From an uncultured Candidatus Saccharibacteria bacterium (GTDB taxonomy: Bacteria; Patescibacteriota; Minisyncoccia; Phycocordibacterales; JAACPR01): DNA of 64,000 bases. The DNA lies in NCBI GenBank assembly GCA_964538855.1, contig CAZIEY010000001.1, forward strand, positions 245,389 to 309,388, read 5' to 3'. Below are positions 47,847 to 56,889 of this stretch, in pieces. Within the stretch, counting starts at the first letter, position 1; every line of letters starts with the position of its first letter. The notes under the pieces were generated by a model. The model did not search any database. It was given only the letters and a program-made list of their open reading frames with translations, and was not told where the DNA came from. Both the position numbers and the translations under genes were made by a program.

Positions 47847-48950
47847 ATGAAATTCGAATGTAATAAAGAAAAAATATCTGCGGCAATAAATCGATCGGAC
47901 AGGATCACAGGAAAAAATGCAAGCCTCCCAGTTCTTGCTTGTATTCTAATTGATGCCAAAAAAGACGGTGTAACTGTAAAATCAACAAATCTTGATATTG
48001 GTCTTGAAATATCAATCTCTTGCAAAGTCTCTGAGCCGGGAATAGTTGCGGTATCAGGAGGTATCCTCAATTCATACCTCTCTAGTTTGAGTAAAAACGA
48101 CTCAACATTGAATTTTAGTCTACAAAATGACAATCTGTATATCTCATCGAAAAATAGCGAGACGGTGATTAAAACACATCCTCACGACGATTTTCCAAAC
48201 ATCCCACGCATTAAAGAAGAGCAATCGTTTCGAATTGAGCCAAAGGATCTTTTGAAAGGATTTCAGTCTGTGTGGTACAGCGCATCCATTTCGAACATAA
48301 AACCAGAACTTTCAAGTGTTTATATTTATCCTGAAGGTGAAAATATTTACTTTGTGGCTACCGACTCGTTTAGACTAGCAGAAAAAAATGTGAGACTTGG
48401 AAAAACCGATGGTTTTCAGGCTATTTTAATCCCTTTCAAGAATACCACTGAAATTGCACGTGTTTTTGATGACAGCAGCGAAGTGATAGATATTTTCTTT
48501 GATGAAAACCAAATAGTTCTAAAGAATAATGAAGTATATGTTATTTCTCGTATTGTTGACGGAGTCTTTCCTGACTATAAACAGATTATCCCCAAAACCG
48601 AGACAACAGTTGTGAATGTATTAAAAGACGACTTTGTTCAGGCGATGCGCGTTTCTAATATCTTTTCAAATAATTTTAATCAGACAACCATCTCGATAGT
48701 ACCGAGCGACTCTGTTATGGAAATTTCGACACAGAATAAGGACAAAGGGGAAACCATTAATAGAGTAAAAGCAAATATAGAAGGTGAGGCAATTAAAATT
48801 AGCTTTAATCATAAGTATATTAATGATTGTCTTGGATCAATCAACTCTGACACTCTCAAGTTGATTTTTAATGGAAACGGAAAACCTCTTGTTATTATGG
48901 GTTCAAAAGATAGCACTTTCAGATATTTGGTGATGCCGATGAATAAATAG
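47847..48950 (+). CDS. dnaN: DNA polymerase III beta sliding clamp
   Basis: 367 aa with three-domain clamp architecture, immediately after dnaA. Confidence 0.9.
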   Translation: MKFECNKEKISAAINRSDRITGKNASLPVLACILIDAKKDGVTVKSTNLDIGLEISISCKVSEPGIVAVSGGILNSYLSSLSKNDSTLNFSLQNDNLYISSKNSETVIKTHPHDDFPNIPRIKEEQSFRIEPKDLLKGFQSVWYSASISNIKPELSSVYIYPEGENIYFVATDSFRLAEKNVRLGKTDGFQAILIPFKNTTEIARVFDDSSEVIDIFFDENQIVLKNNEVYVISRIVDGVFPDYKQIIPKTETTVVNVLKDDFVQAMRVSNIFSNNFNQTTISIVPSDSVMEISTQNKDKGETINRVKANIEGEAIKISFNHKYINDCLGSINSDTLKLIFNGNGKPLVIMGSKDSTFRYLVMPMNK

Positions 48951-48959
48951 CCTATAAGA

Positions 48960-49229
48960 ATGCAAAATATTGCTTTTTATTTACAAAAATACGCAAAGAT
49001 TGGTTTTAAGGAGGAGGGTGTTAAAAAATGTCTCATAACTGCAATTAAAGAGGTGTGTAATGTGGATTTGGACCCCATCAAAATAAAAATCACTCAAGAA
49101 ACAATTCATATTCACGCAGTCGGCATAGAAAAATCAGAAATCTTTGTGAATACTAAAAAGATAGTTGATCTGTTTAATCAAAAAATGGAATATTTAGGAT
49201 ACAAAATTCTCGATAAAAAGATTATTTAA
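48960..49229 (+). CDS. Small hypothetical protein downstream of dnaN
   Basis: 89 aa with no recognisable motif. Confidence 0.35.
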   Translation: MQNIAFYLQKYAKIGFKEEGVKKCLITAIKEVCNVDLDPIKIKITQETIHIHAVGIEKSEIFVNTKKIVDLFNQKMEYLGYKILDKKII

Positions 49230-51660
49230 TATTGAAGCTAATTTCATCTGCGAATTTTTGGCCAGATTCGTCGGTAACTTCTACTCGCATTTTATTTTTT
49301 GTTTTAATGACTGGAATCTCGCTCGGGAAGAAGGAAAGGGTTTTGTTAACTGAATCAAATGCTCCAACATTGATTCCATTGATATAGACTTCACCAGATT
49401 TTATAGCTCTTTGATCATTAAATGATCCAGAGATAACCATAATTGTATCAACGAAATATGTTTTACCGTTTTCGATCGTAGTGATTGAGAATTTGGTTTT
49501 TATTGGCTCATCGGAATTATCTGTAGAAGTAACAATGGTAGAGATGTTTTGTGATTTGAGCCATTTTTGTACACCATTTTCCCACAATTTGTATTGAGGA
49601 TCATTTTCCGGACGTCTCGGAGATGGGCCGAGGGGGTCTGTTCTATCAACCCAGTGCAAAATGTCGTGGATCTCACTTCCTCTAGAAACATTGATATTAC
49701 CATCTTTATCAACCGTTGTATTTTCACCCTTCCAGTAACCAGCGAGGATTGGTTTAATGTCCTTGTTGATCGGAGCAGGTTCGTTAAATGTTTCATTTGG
49801 GATTTTCTGTAGAACGATTTGCATGAATTCGTTCCACATTGGTGCGGCAATCATACTCGATGAGAGGGGATTCATGGATGAATTATCGTTGTTTCCGGCC
49901 CATGCCGCGACGGTAATGCTTGGGGTGTATCCGATAACCCATGCGTCACGAAAATCGTTAGTAGTACCAGTTTTAGCTGCTACATCGCGCCCTCCGAAAT
50001 AAAGAGATGATATTGGTCCGAATTGAGGTGCTCGAGCCGAGTTGTCCGTCAATATGCTAGAGATGAGACGACTAGTTTGTTCTGATAAAACACGCTCACC
50101 AACTAAGTTGTTGTTTTCAAATAATACGAGCCCTTTCGAGTCTTCAATTTTCTGGATTGAGCGCTTTGCATATTTCATTCCTTCAGCTGCGAAAACAGAA
50201 TACGCATTTGCCATATCGAGCAGGTTTACTTCACCTCCACCAAGAACGAGAGTTAGTCCGTAATGGTCTGCATCTCCAAGTGATTCGATACCCATCCGTT
50301 TTGCGAGATTCAAGGCATCTTGGATACCAGCGAGATAGAGAACTTTAATTGCAGGAATGTTTCGTGATTGGGCGAGGGCGTTTCGAAGTGTAATTGGGCC
50401 CATAAACTTTCCATCGAAGTTCGATGGGTTGTAACAATCACCCCCTTGCGAACATGCTACAGAGAATTCTGTTTCGGTATCAAATAAAACCGTTTCTGGA
50501 CGGTATCCTTTGTTGAAGGCTTCTGCGTATACGAACGGTTTAAAAGTTGAACCTGGCTGGCGATTAGCAGTCGCGATGTTAAAGTTTCCGTCAATCTCTC
50601 TATCGAAATAATCTCGCGAACCAACCATTACTAGGATGTCACCGTTTTTAGGATCAAGCGCAACCATTGCGCCATTTTCGGCCTTTGCCCGCACCACATT
50701 TTCGAGTGAGCGTCGATGAACAATTTCTTCTGCTTTTTGTTGCAATTCCCAATCGAGAGTAGTGGTAACGCGCAACCCGCCATTTTCCACAATATCTTTA
50801 CCGTATTCCTTTTCGAGCTGCTCAATAATATACATGACGAAGTGCGGGGCTTTGATTCCGTAGGCCTCTGGTTTTTGAAAAGTTACGACGGTTTTTTGGG
50901 CTTCATCATGTTCTGTCGCGGTAATAAATTTTGAATCGAGCATTCGATCGAGCACATAATTTTTTCGATCCTCTAATTTTTGTAAGTTACCACCGTAAGG
51001 AGAGAAGTATGTGGGTGCCTGAGGGAGGGCAGCGAGGTACGCTGCTTCTGCCAAGGTGAGCTCGAGCGCGCTCTTACCGTAAAATCGGTGGCTCGCTTCT
51101 TCTATACCGTAGACACTACCACCATAAGGGATTTCGTTGAGATAAATTTCGAGAATTTGGTCCTTGGAAAGTACTTTTTCTAGGCGAGGAGCCAAAACCC
51201 ATTCCTTTAATTTTCGAGAAATGGTTTTTTCTCTAGTAAGGAGTGCGTTTTTAATAACCTGCTGTGTAATAGTTGAACCACCTTGCCCGCTTAAAAGATC
51301 ACCATTTTTGAGGTTGTTTTTGATTGCACGAAAAATCGATGAGATTTCGATACCGTTGTGCTTATAAAAATTCTGATCTTCGACGGCGATAGTGGCTTTC
51401 TGGAGATAATTTGAGATTTTTTCGAGTGGTACAACAGTTCGTTTAATGTCGCCATATACGTCGTAGAGGACAACTTTACCAGTACGATCATAAATTTTGG
51501 TTGATTGCGAAACTCTACGTTCTTCGAAGGAGTTCAAATTGGGTAAATTGATCGTTGTGGTCCAAATGATAAAGGCTCCAACAATAAACATACCAGCGAT
51601 AATGACCCACAAAAAGACCTTTTTGGTAATATTTAGATATTTTTTTTGTTTCTCTGTCAT
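49222..51660 (-). CDS. Class A penicillin-binding protein (PBP1A-type, glycosyltransferase plus transpeptidase)
   Basis: 812 aa with N-terminal TM, GT51 motifs (EDQNFYKHNGI, RKLKEW) and transpeptidase SxxK/SxN/KTG motifs. Confidence 0.85.
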   Translation of the reverse strand: MTEKQKKYLNITKKVFLWVIIAGMFIVGAFIIWTTTINLPNLNSFEERRVSQSTKIYDRTGKVVLYDVYGDIKRTVVPLEKISNYLQKATIAVEDQNFYKHNGIEISSIFRAIKNNLKNGDLLSGQGGSTITQQVIKNALLTREKTISRKLKEWVLAPRLEKVLSKDQILEIYLNEIPYGGSVYGIEEASHRFYGKSALELTLAEAAYLAALPQAPTYFSPYGGNLQKLEDRKNYVLDRMLDSKFITATEHDEAQKTVVTFQKPEAYGIKAPHFVMYIIEQLEKEYGKDIVENGGLRVTTTLDWELQQKAEEIVHRRSLENVVRAKAENGAMVALDPKNGDILVMVGSRDYFDREIDGNFNIATANRQPGSTFKPFVYAEAFNKGYRPETVLFDTETEFSVACSQGGDCYNPSNFDGKFMGPITLRNALAQSRNIPAIKVLYLAGIQDALNLAKRMGIESLGDADHYGLTLVLGGGEVNLLDMANAYSVFAAEGMKYAKRSIQKIEDSKGLVLFENNNLVGERVLSEQTSRLISSILTDNSARAPQFGPISSLYFGGRDVAAKTGTTNDFRDAWVIGYTPSITVAAWAGNNDNSSMNPLSSSMIAAPMWNEFMQIVLQKIPNETFNEPAPINKDIKPILAGYWKGENTTVDKDGNINVSRGSEIHDILHWVDRTDPLGPSPRRPENDPQYKLWENGVQKWLKSQNISTIVTSTDNSDEPIKTKFSITTIENGKTYFVDTIMVISGSFNDQRAIKSGEVYINGINVGAFDSVNKTLSFFPSEIPVIKTKNKMRVEVTDESGQKFADEISFNIK

Positions 51661-51718
51661 ATATTGTTATTATACTGCGGATTTAGTAAATCGTATTTTT
51701 GATGTTAGAATATACTAT

Positions 51719-52936
51719 ATGTTTAGATTAAATAAATCAAAGGTGGATACGAATCCAGAAAAGATAGAACGATTATTAACGCGCAACGTCGAAGAAATCT
51801 TCATTAAGGAAAATCTACGAAAACAGCTTTTGTCTGGACGACGCCTCAAAATTAAGCTCGGTTTTGATCCAACTGGTTCGAAAATTCACATTGGTCGAGC
51901 CATTGTGTTGCGAAAATTGCGCGAATTTCAGGATTTGGGTCACGAAATTATCTTTTTGGTGGGTGATTTTACTGCGCGTATTGGTGACCCTTCCGATAAG
52001 TTGGAAAAACGCCCGATGTTGGACTCGAAAAAAATTAAAGAAAATCTCAAGGATTACAAACGTCAGGTTGGGAAAATTATTGATTTGAAAAAAGTACGTT
52101 TTGTATACAACAATGATTGGCTTTCAAAATTGAAATTTGATGAAATTGTAAATCTCGCCGAGAGTTTTACTGTGAGTCAAATGACAAGTCGCCGCAATTT
52201 CAAGGATCGTCTCGATAAAGGAGAGGAAGTTTCTTTGCGTGAATTTTTATATCCGCTCATGCAAGGCTACGATTCATACGAATTGGATGCTGATGTTGAA
52301 TTGGGCGGCTTTGATCAATTGTTCAATTTAAAAGCAGGTCGCATCATTCAAAAACACTACGGCATGCGCGAACAGGATATTTTGTCGACAGTAATGCTCG
52401 AAGGAACCGATGGACGCAAAATGTCTACTAGCTGGGGGAATGTAATCAATACTATTGATGAGCCGAACGATATGTATGGCAAGGTTATGTCAGTGCGCGA
52501 TGATTTGATTGTAAAATATATGCGAGCTTGCACCGATATGACTGATGTGGAAATTACTCAAGTTGAAGCCGATTTGTCCAAAGGTTTAAACCCGCGCGAC
52601 GCAAAAATGCGACTTGGTCGTGAATTGGTAACAATGTATCACTCAAAAGATGCTTCTGAAAAAGCAGAACAAAACTTCATTTCGACATTTCAAAAGAAAG
52701 AAGGTGCACCAGAAGACACAAAAGAAGTGAAAGTTTCTTCGGGCGTTGCGCTCGTCGATGTTGTAATTGCCGAAGGTGTCGCGCCATCGAAATCAGAATG
52801 GCGACGATTGCTCGATAGTGGGGCAGTATCAAATGTCGAGACTGGTGAGAAAATCACAGATCCAAACTTTAAAGTCACGTCATCGATTACGATTAAAGCC
52901 GGTAAAAAACGCTTTTTGAAAATCTTTGTGAAATAA
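51719..52936 (+). CDS. tyrS: Tyrosyl-tRNA synthetase
   Basis: GFDPTGSKIHIGR (HIGH-type) and KMSTS motifs. The start was trimmed to the ATG at 51719 so it does not overlap the PBP gene. Confidence 0.85.
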   Translation: MFRLNKSKVDTNPEKIERLLTRNVEEIFIKENLRKQLLSGRRLKIKLGFDPTGSKIHIGRAIVLRKLREFQDLGHEIIFLVGDFTARIGDPSDKLEKRPMLDSKKIKENLKDYKRQVGKIIDLKKVRFVYNNDWLSKLKFDEIVNLAESFTVSQMTSRRNFKDRLDKGEEVSLREFLYPLMQGYDSYELDADVELGGFDQLFNLKAGRIIQKHYGMREQDILSTVMLEGTDGRKMSTSWGNVINTIDEPNDMYGKVMSVRDDLIVKYMRACTDMTDVEITQVEADLSKGLNPRDAKMRLGRELVTMYHSKDASEKAEQNFISTFQKKEGAPEDTKEVKVSSGVALVDVVIAEGVAPSKSEWRRLLDSGAVSNVETGEKITDPNFKVTSSITIKAGKKRFLKIFVK

Positions 52937-52980
52937 GAAATCAAAAACTTTTGGGTCTGGCTAGGTGTTGTTGCTCTCGG

Positions 52981-53069
52981 ATAAATAAAACAAAAACTCT
53001 TAATTTTAAAGTCCTCGGGTCGCTTTCGCTCAACCAGACTTTTAAAATTAAGAGTTTTTGTTTTATTTA
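52981..53069. repeat. Palindromic intergenic repeat, internally deleted copy: about 30-bp arms around a 29-nt core
   Basis: Arms ATAAATAAAACAAAAACTCTTAATTTTAAA / TTTAAAATTAAGAGTTTTTGTTTTATTTAG. Core GTCCTCGGGTCGCTTTCGCTCAACCAGAC equals the ends of the 44863 core (reverse complement) with the middle deleted. Confidence 0.6.
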
Positions 53070-53276
53070 GAAACTGTCCTCATCATCAAAATCTCCGACA
53101 ACAAAGTCTATATCCTCCTCATCTGTTCCTGCGTCAGGATCGACTTCACCAAACACACTCTCTTTAATAGGAGTAATTGCTTCATCTTCCTCTATCTCAA
53201 CAACCTCGTCGAACGCATCGTCCGAAATTTCTTTGAGGTCGTCGTCGTTTATTGTTGTATCATCATTATCTGACAT
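53067..53276 (-). CDS. Small highly acidic protein (about 45% Asp/Glu), hypothetical
   Basis: 69 aa MSDNDDTTINDDDLKEISDD.... The stop codon is embedded in the repeat arm. Confidence 0.45.
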   Translation of the reverse strand: MSDNDDTTINDDDLKEISDDAFDEVVEIEEDEAITPIKESVFGEVDPDAGTDEEDIDFVVGDFDDEDSF

Positions 53277-53364
53277 GATTCGAAAAAATTAAAATATTTT
53301 TAATAACTTACTATCTTGTATCAATAAAAAAATATCTTGGCAAGAATTTTCCTGTGGATAGTCG

Positions 53365-53844
53365 CTAGAATGTAACGTGATGAGCGAAATAAGTCAAGCC
53401 GACTGCGATTGCATCGAACTCGTCGTCACTTTTTATGTCCTTTTTTATCTCGATGAGGCGAGGGATCATGGTCATTATGGCGCGTTTGTCGCTCTTGCCA
53501 TAGCTTGTGATTGCGACTTTTATTGCGTTTGGCATGAATTCTGCAACGTCGAGGCCGGATGTGACGGCTGATGCGATGATTGCACCGCGAGCCTCGGAAA
53601 CCATGAGCGCAGTTTTTGTGTTTTTAGCAAAGAAAAGTGTTTCTATGGCGAGCACTGTGGGGGAGTGGGCTTCGATAATTTCTTTTATTTTATTTTGAAT
53701 GAGGCCGAGTCGTTGTGGGTGAGGGAGTTTTGCTGAAGTTTTAAAACATTCGGAATAAAGCAACATCTCTTTTTGTTTCGGCTGTTTTTCAATTATGGCG
53801 ATACCGAGCCGTTCGTAGCCAGGGTCGATAGAGATGATTTTCAT
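53365..53844 (-). CDS. ruvC: Holliday junction resolvase RuvC
   Basis: MKIISIDPGYERLGIAI... Catalytic Asp in IDPG. Start trimmed to Met19 of the track ORF. Confidence 0.85.
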   Translation of the reverse strand: MKIISIDPGYERLGIAIIEKQPKQKEMLLYSECFKTSAKLPHPQRLGLIQNKIKEIIEAHSPTVLAIETLFFAKNTKTALMVSEARGAIIASAVTSGLDVAEFMPNAIKVAITSYGKSDKRAIMTMIPRLIEIKKDIKSDDEFDAIAVGLTYFAHHVTF

Positions 53845-53862
53845 GTGTCCATTATACACAAT

Positions 53863-53910
53863 TTGTACACAGAATTCCGCTTGACAAATGGTGTACACTC
53901 GGTGTACACT
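53863..53910 (+). promoter_or_regulatory. Promoter with palindromic operators (GTGTACAC x2 plus TGTACAC) for the toxin-antitoxin operon
   Basis: TTGACA at 53881. Tandem perfect palindromes GTGTACAC at 53891 and 53902 overlap the spacer and -10. A third half-site lies at 53864. Confidence 0.5.
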
Positions 53911-53916
53911 TTATTC

Positions 53917-54198
53917 ATGAATAACACGGTACTTAGAAAAGAAAAAGTCCCAGAATTTGTTGGGGTAAAGGAATTTCGGAATAATATTTCGAATTATATT
54001 GCCAAGGCTCAAAAATCTGGCAAAAAAATTATTCTTACAGTCAATAACATTCCTACATTTGAAATGCGTCCAATCAAAAAAGAGCAAGTGTATTCAAAGC
54101 AATTTATTGCGGACATATTAGAGGCAGAGGAAGACGTTAAACACGGTCGTGTATATTCACACGAATATGTTTTAAAAAAGTTTGGCTTCAAAAAATGA
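53917..54198 (+). CDS. Phd/YefM-family antitoxin
   Basis: VGVKEFRNNISNYIAKAQKSGKKIILTVNNIPTFEMRPI matches the Phd/YefM fold. The ATGA overlaps the downstream toxin gene. Confidence 0.65.
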   Translation: MNNTVLRKEKVPEFVGVKEFRNNISNYIAKAQKSGKKIILTVNNIPTFEMRPIKKEQVYSKQFIADILEAEEDVKHGRVYSHEYVLKKFGFKK

Positions 54199-54461
54199 TT
54201 TATTTTTCTCACACATCGAAAGCGATACAAGATTTAGAACAAATAGATAGTTATAATGCGAAAAGGATTACTCTCAAAATTGGCCAGTATGAAAATGACC
54301 CTCATCCTCTCACGCGAGCAAAACCTCTCTCTGGAAATTGGCACAACAGGTTTCGGTATCGAATAGGGGATTACAGAGCAATATTCAAATATGAACAAAA
54401 TGGTAACGATTATCTCGTTACCATTTTGCGTATTAAACACAGAAAAGATGTGTATGAATAA
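54195..54461 (+). CDS. RelE/ParE-family toxin
   Basis: 88 aa with YRIGDYRAIFKYEQNGNDYLVTILRIKHRKDVY, the RelE/ParE signature. Confidence 0.7.
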   Translation: MIYFSHTSKAIQDLEQIDSYNAKRITLKIGQYENDPHPLTRAKPLSGNWHNRFRYRIGDYRAIFKYEQNGNDYLVTILRIKHRKDVYE

Positions 54462-54995
54462 CTATTCTGCATTCGTAAACACTTCTTGAACATCTTCTAA
54501 TGCGTCGAGCGCATCAACCAAATCGTTCAATTTGTTTCCGTCTTCCTCGTTAACTGACACCATTGTGACGGGAATCATTTTCCGCCCCTCGCGTTTGAAA
54601 GCCCATGAAGCAGAGCCGATTGCAGCCAATTCCGCACCGCATTTATCTGACAAAATGTGTTTCACTTCGGCGACAGTGCGGTTTTTGTTGTCGGTAAGGG
54701 CGTCGATGACGATGGCGACTCCGCCTGGACCGTAGGCTTCGTAGGTGACTGGTTCGAGCGCCGCAGTGTTTCGATCCGTTCCTTTTTTGACGGCTCGCTC
54801 AATCGTGTCCTTTGGCATATTTTCTTTTTTGGCTGCTTCGATCACAGTCGCAAGAGAAGGGGACGACACATCACCGTTGCATTTTTTAGATTCGGCCGTG
54901 ATAACGCGCGATAATTTTGAAAAGATGTTGCTCTTTTTTGCGTCTTCGGCACCCTTTTTGTTTTTAATTTTTGACCATTTATTATGTCCTGACAT
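54462..54995 (-). CDS. YebC/PmpR-family protein, shortened (177 aa versus about 240 typical)
   Basis: N-terminal MSGHNKWSKIKNKKG signature. The central subdomain appears to be missing. Confidence 0.7.
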   Translation of the reverse strand: MSGHNKWSKIKNKKGAEDAKKSNIFSKLSRVITAESKKCNGDVSSPSLATVIEAAKKENMPKDTIERAVKKGTDRNTAALEPVTYEAYGPGGVAIVIDALTDNKNRTVAEVKHILSDKCGAELAAIGSASWAFKREGRKMIPVTMVSVNEEDGNKLNDLVDALDALEDVQEVFTNAE

Positions 54996-55048
54996 GTGAT
55001 TGTTGGTTAATGCGCTCATTATATGTAAAGGAAGGAGGTTTTGGAAGC

Positions 55049-55077
55049 GTTGACATATTTAGTTGTAAATTGTAGTG
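55049..55077 (+). promoter_or_regulatory. Sigma70-like promoter: TTGACA, 17 nt, TAGTGT
   Basis: Upstream of the small GC-rich ORF at 55152. Confidence 0.35.
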
Positions 55078-55151
55078 TTTGATATGAAGTTGTAGACGCA
55101 ATTCACTCCGGATTGTGCTTGTGCAACAAAGATTCGATAGGAGAATCAGTC

Positions 55152-55373
55152 ATGTTGGATAAAGTTGGTAGACTGCTGAGACTGCTGAGACTGCTGAGAC
55201 AAAAACTTCGGGGTTCTGAGGGGCGAGAATACATGAGGCGAATAGAGGCGATCCTCTCTACGCCGCTACCCGTGCAACCCAACCAGCTGCACGACAAACC
55301 GAACCCCAACGCACAGACTGTCCTCGTCACAGAACGGGATTTGGGCGACCGGGCAATCTCGTTGGAGGAGTGA
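55152..55373 (+). CDS. Small GC-rich hypothetical ORF (73 aa) with LLR repeats
   Basis: AGGAGA SD 8 nt upstream. Contains a 9-bp tandem repeat. Own terminator. Opposite orientation to the flanking ruv genes. Confidence 0.35.
   Translation: MLDKVGRLLRLLRLLRQKLRGSEGREYMRRIEAILSTPLPVQPNQLHDKPNPNAQTVLVTERDLGDRAISLEE
55170..55200. repeat. Tandem repeat AGACTGCTG x3.4
   Basis: Direct reading of the sequence. Encodes LLRLLRLLR. Confidence 0.7.
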
Positions 55374-55402
55374 ACGGGTCCATCGCCTTAGCTGGCGAAT
55401 CT

Positions 55403-55451
55403 CCAAGTTGTAGGTTGCGTCAGTCTTGACGCTCCGCAACTTGGTTTTTTA
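55403..55451 (+). terminator. Rho-independent terminator: nested hairpin plus T-run
   Basis: CCAAGTTG...GCGTCAGTCTTGACGC...CAACTTGG followed by TTTTTTATTT. Confidence 0.6.
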
Positions 55452-55452
55452 T

Positions 55453-56475
55453 TTATAATAACTTCTCCTGTATATGCTCCGGCACCTCTACACCCATATG
55501 TTTATACCCCAACGCCGTCGCTTTGCGGCCGCGCGAAGTTCGCTCGATAAAGCCGAGTTGCAGCAAATACGGCTCGTTGAATTCCTCGATTGTGCTTTCT
55601 TCTTCGGAAAGTGACATCGCGAGCGTGCCGAGTCCGACTGGTCCGCCGTTGAATTTTTTAATCAAAGTTTCCATCACGACAATGTCTGCCTTTGTCAGAC
55701 CGAGCGTATCAATATCAAGCATTGAAAGAGTTTTCAAAACGCTCGCCCGGTGCAAGTCAGTCTGATTGATTTGGCTATAATCGCGACATCGTTTCAAAAG
55801 GTAGTTTGCAGTGCGGGGAGTTTTGCGGCTGCGCTTTGCAATTTCGGCGCATGCGTCACCGTCGATTTTGACTCCGAGAATTTTTGCAGATCGTGCGATG
55901 ATTTTCTCAATCTCAGCGTCGCTGTAAAATTCGAGACGGAATGTTCCTCCTGAAAATCGTGATCGAAGCGGTGCGGAAACCATAGCGACTTTTGTTGTCG
56001 CGGCGATCAATGTAAAAGGCGGCAATTCCAATTGAATGGAACGCGCGCTCGGACCCTTGCCGATAATAATATCAAGCACACCTGATTCCATAGCAGGATA
56101 GAGGATTTCCTCGATCGATTTGTTCAGGCGGTGAATTTCGTCGATGAACAACACGTCGCCTGGTGCGAGGTTTGTGAGGATGCTTGCGAGGTCGCCAATC
56201 TTTTCAATTGAAGGTCCTGATGTAATTTTTATCTGTGCACCAATGTGTTTTGCGATCAAATGGGCAAGCGTCGTCTTGCCGAGCCCCGGTGGACCATAAA
56301 AAAGGATGTGTTCCGGCGGGTGATTGCGCTGTTTTGCAGCTGAAAGCAGAACGTGGAGGTTGTTTTTTATGCTTTCCTGACCAATATATTCGTCCCAAGT
56401 GTCGGGGCGCAATTGTTGGTCCAAAATAACCTCCTCTTTTGGAGCCGCTTGTTCTGTTTTCAAATCGCTTGACAT
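55453..56475 (-). CDS. ruvB: Holliday junction branch migration helicase RuvB
   Basis: 340 aa with Walker A GPPGLGKTTLA and Walker B LFIDEIHRL. Confidence 0.9.
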   Translation of the reverse strand: MSSDLKTEQAAPKEEVILDQQLRPDTWDEYIGQESIKNNLHVLLSAAKQRNHPPEHILFYGPPGLGKTTLAHLIAKHIGAQIKITSGPSIEKIGDLASILTNLAPGDVLFIDEIHRLNKSIEEILYPAMESGVLDIIIGKGPSARSIQLELPPFTLIAATTKVAMVSAPLRSRFSGGTFRLEFYSDAEIEKIIARSAKILGVKIDGDACAEIAKRSRKTPRTANYLLKRCRDYSQINQTDLHRASVLKTLSMLDIDTLGLTKADIVVMETLIKKFNGGPVGLGTLAMSLSEEESTIEEFNEPYLLQLGFIERTSRGRKATALGYKHMGVEVPEHIQEKLL

Positions 56476-56571
56476 ATTTTTTATATATGCTATTATATCA
56501 CCTGAAGACGAAATTTGCTCTCCACAAGACTTGCCCGCGCGACTTATTCATAGCCGCGCCTTTATCCAAGT

Positions 56572-56724
56572 CATAAATCTCTAAACAACGTGGTTCACGC
56601 CTAACAAGGTATTGCTTCGAGGACGTTCCTGGTTTCAAAACTTCGGTTTTGTTGCTGTGACTATCCTCAGAACCTTACCTGCCTTCAAACAAACGAGTTT
56701 GATTGATTTGTTTAGAGATTTATG
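56572..56724. other. 17-bp perfect inverted repeat (CATAAATCTCTAAACAA / TTGTTTAGAGATTTATG) enclosing a 119-nt relatively GC-rich segment. Candidate structured RNA or MITE-like element.
   Basis: Arms at 56572-56588 and 56708-56724. The interior shares GAGGACGTTC..GGTTTC with the interior of the 16986 element. Confidence 0.35.
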
Positions 56725-56889
56725 TTTTGGATCTCTGTGGTGTGCTTCGTAAAAAAGAACTTCTTGTAACTAATATTACAGAAGTTCTTTTTTATTACAA
56801 CTGGTCAGTGGGGAGTTTTTGTTTTATAAGTTTCCAAGCATCAGATTTTACGATCATCTGGCAAAAAGAGGGTAGAGTTTTGTGGGTTT

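Noticed and set aside
47639-47863. 74-aa ORF in the dnaA-dnaN spacer
   Set aside because: It lies in the AT-rich probable oriC region and overlaps the dnaN start. It has no motif support and is most likely spurious.
51497-51718. N-terminal 74-codon extension of the tyrS ORF
   Set aside because: It overlaps the first 55 codons of the PBP1A gene on the opposite strand. The TyrS homology begins at the ATG at 51719.
53773-53916. N-terminal extension of the Phd/YefM antitoxin ORF
   Set aside because: It overlaps ruvC on the opposite strand and covers the TA promoter and operators. Phd homology starts at Met49.
55113-55151. Longer 86-aa version of the small GC-rich ORF starting at 55113
   Set aside because: The AGGAGA Shine-Dalgarno is correctly spaced only for the internal ATG at 55152, so the shorter 73-aa form is preferred.
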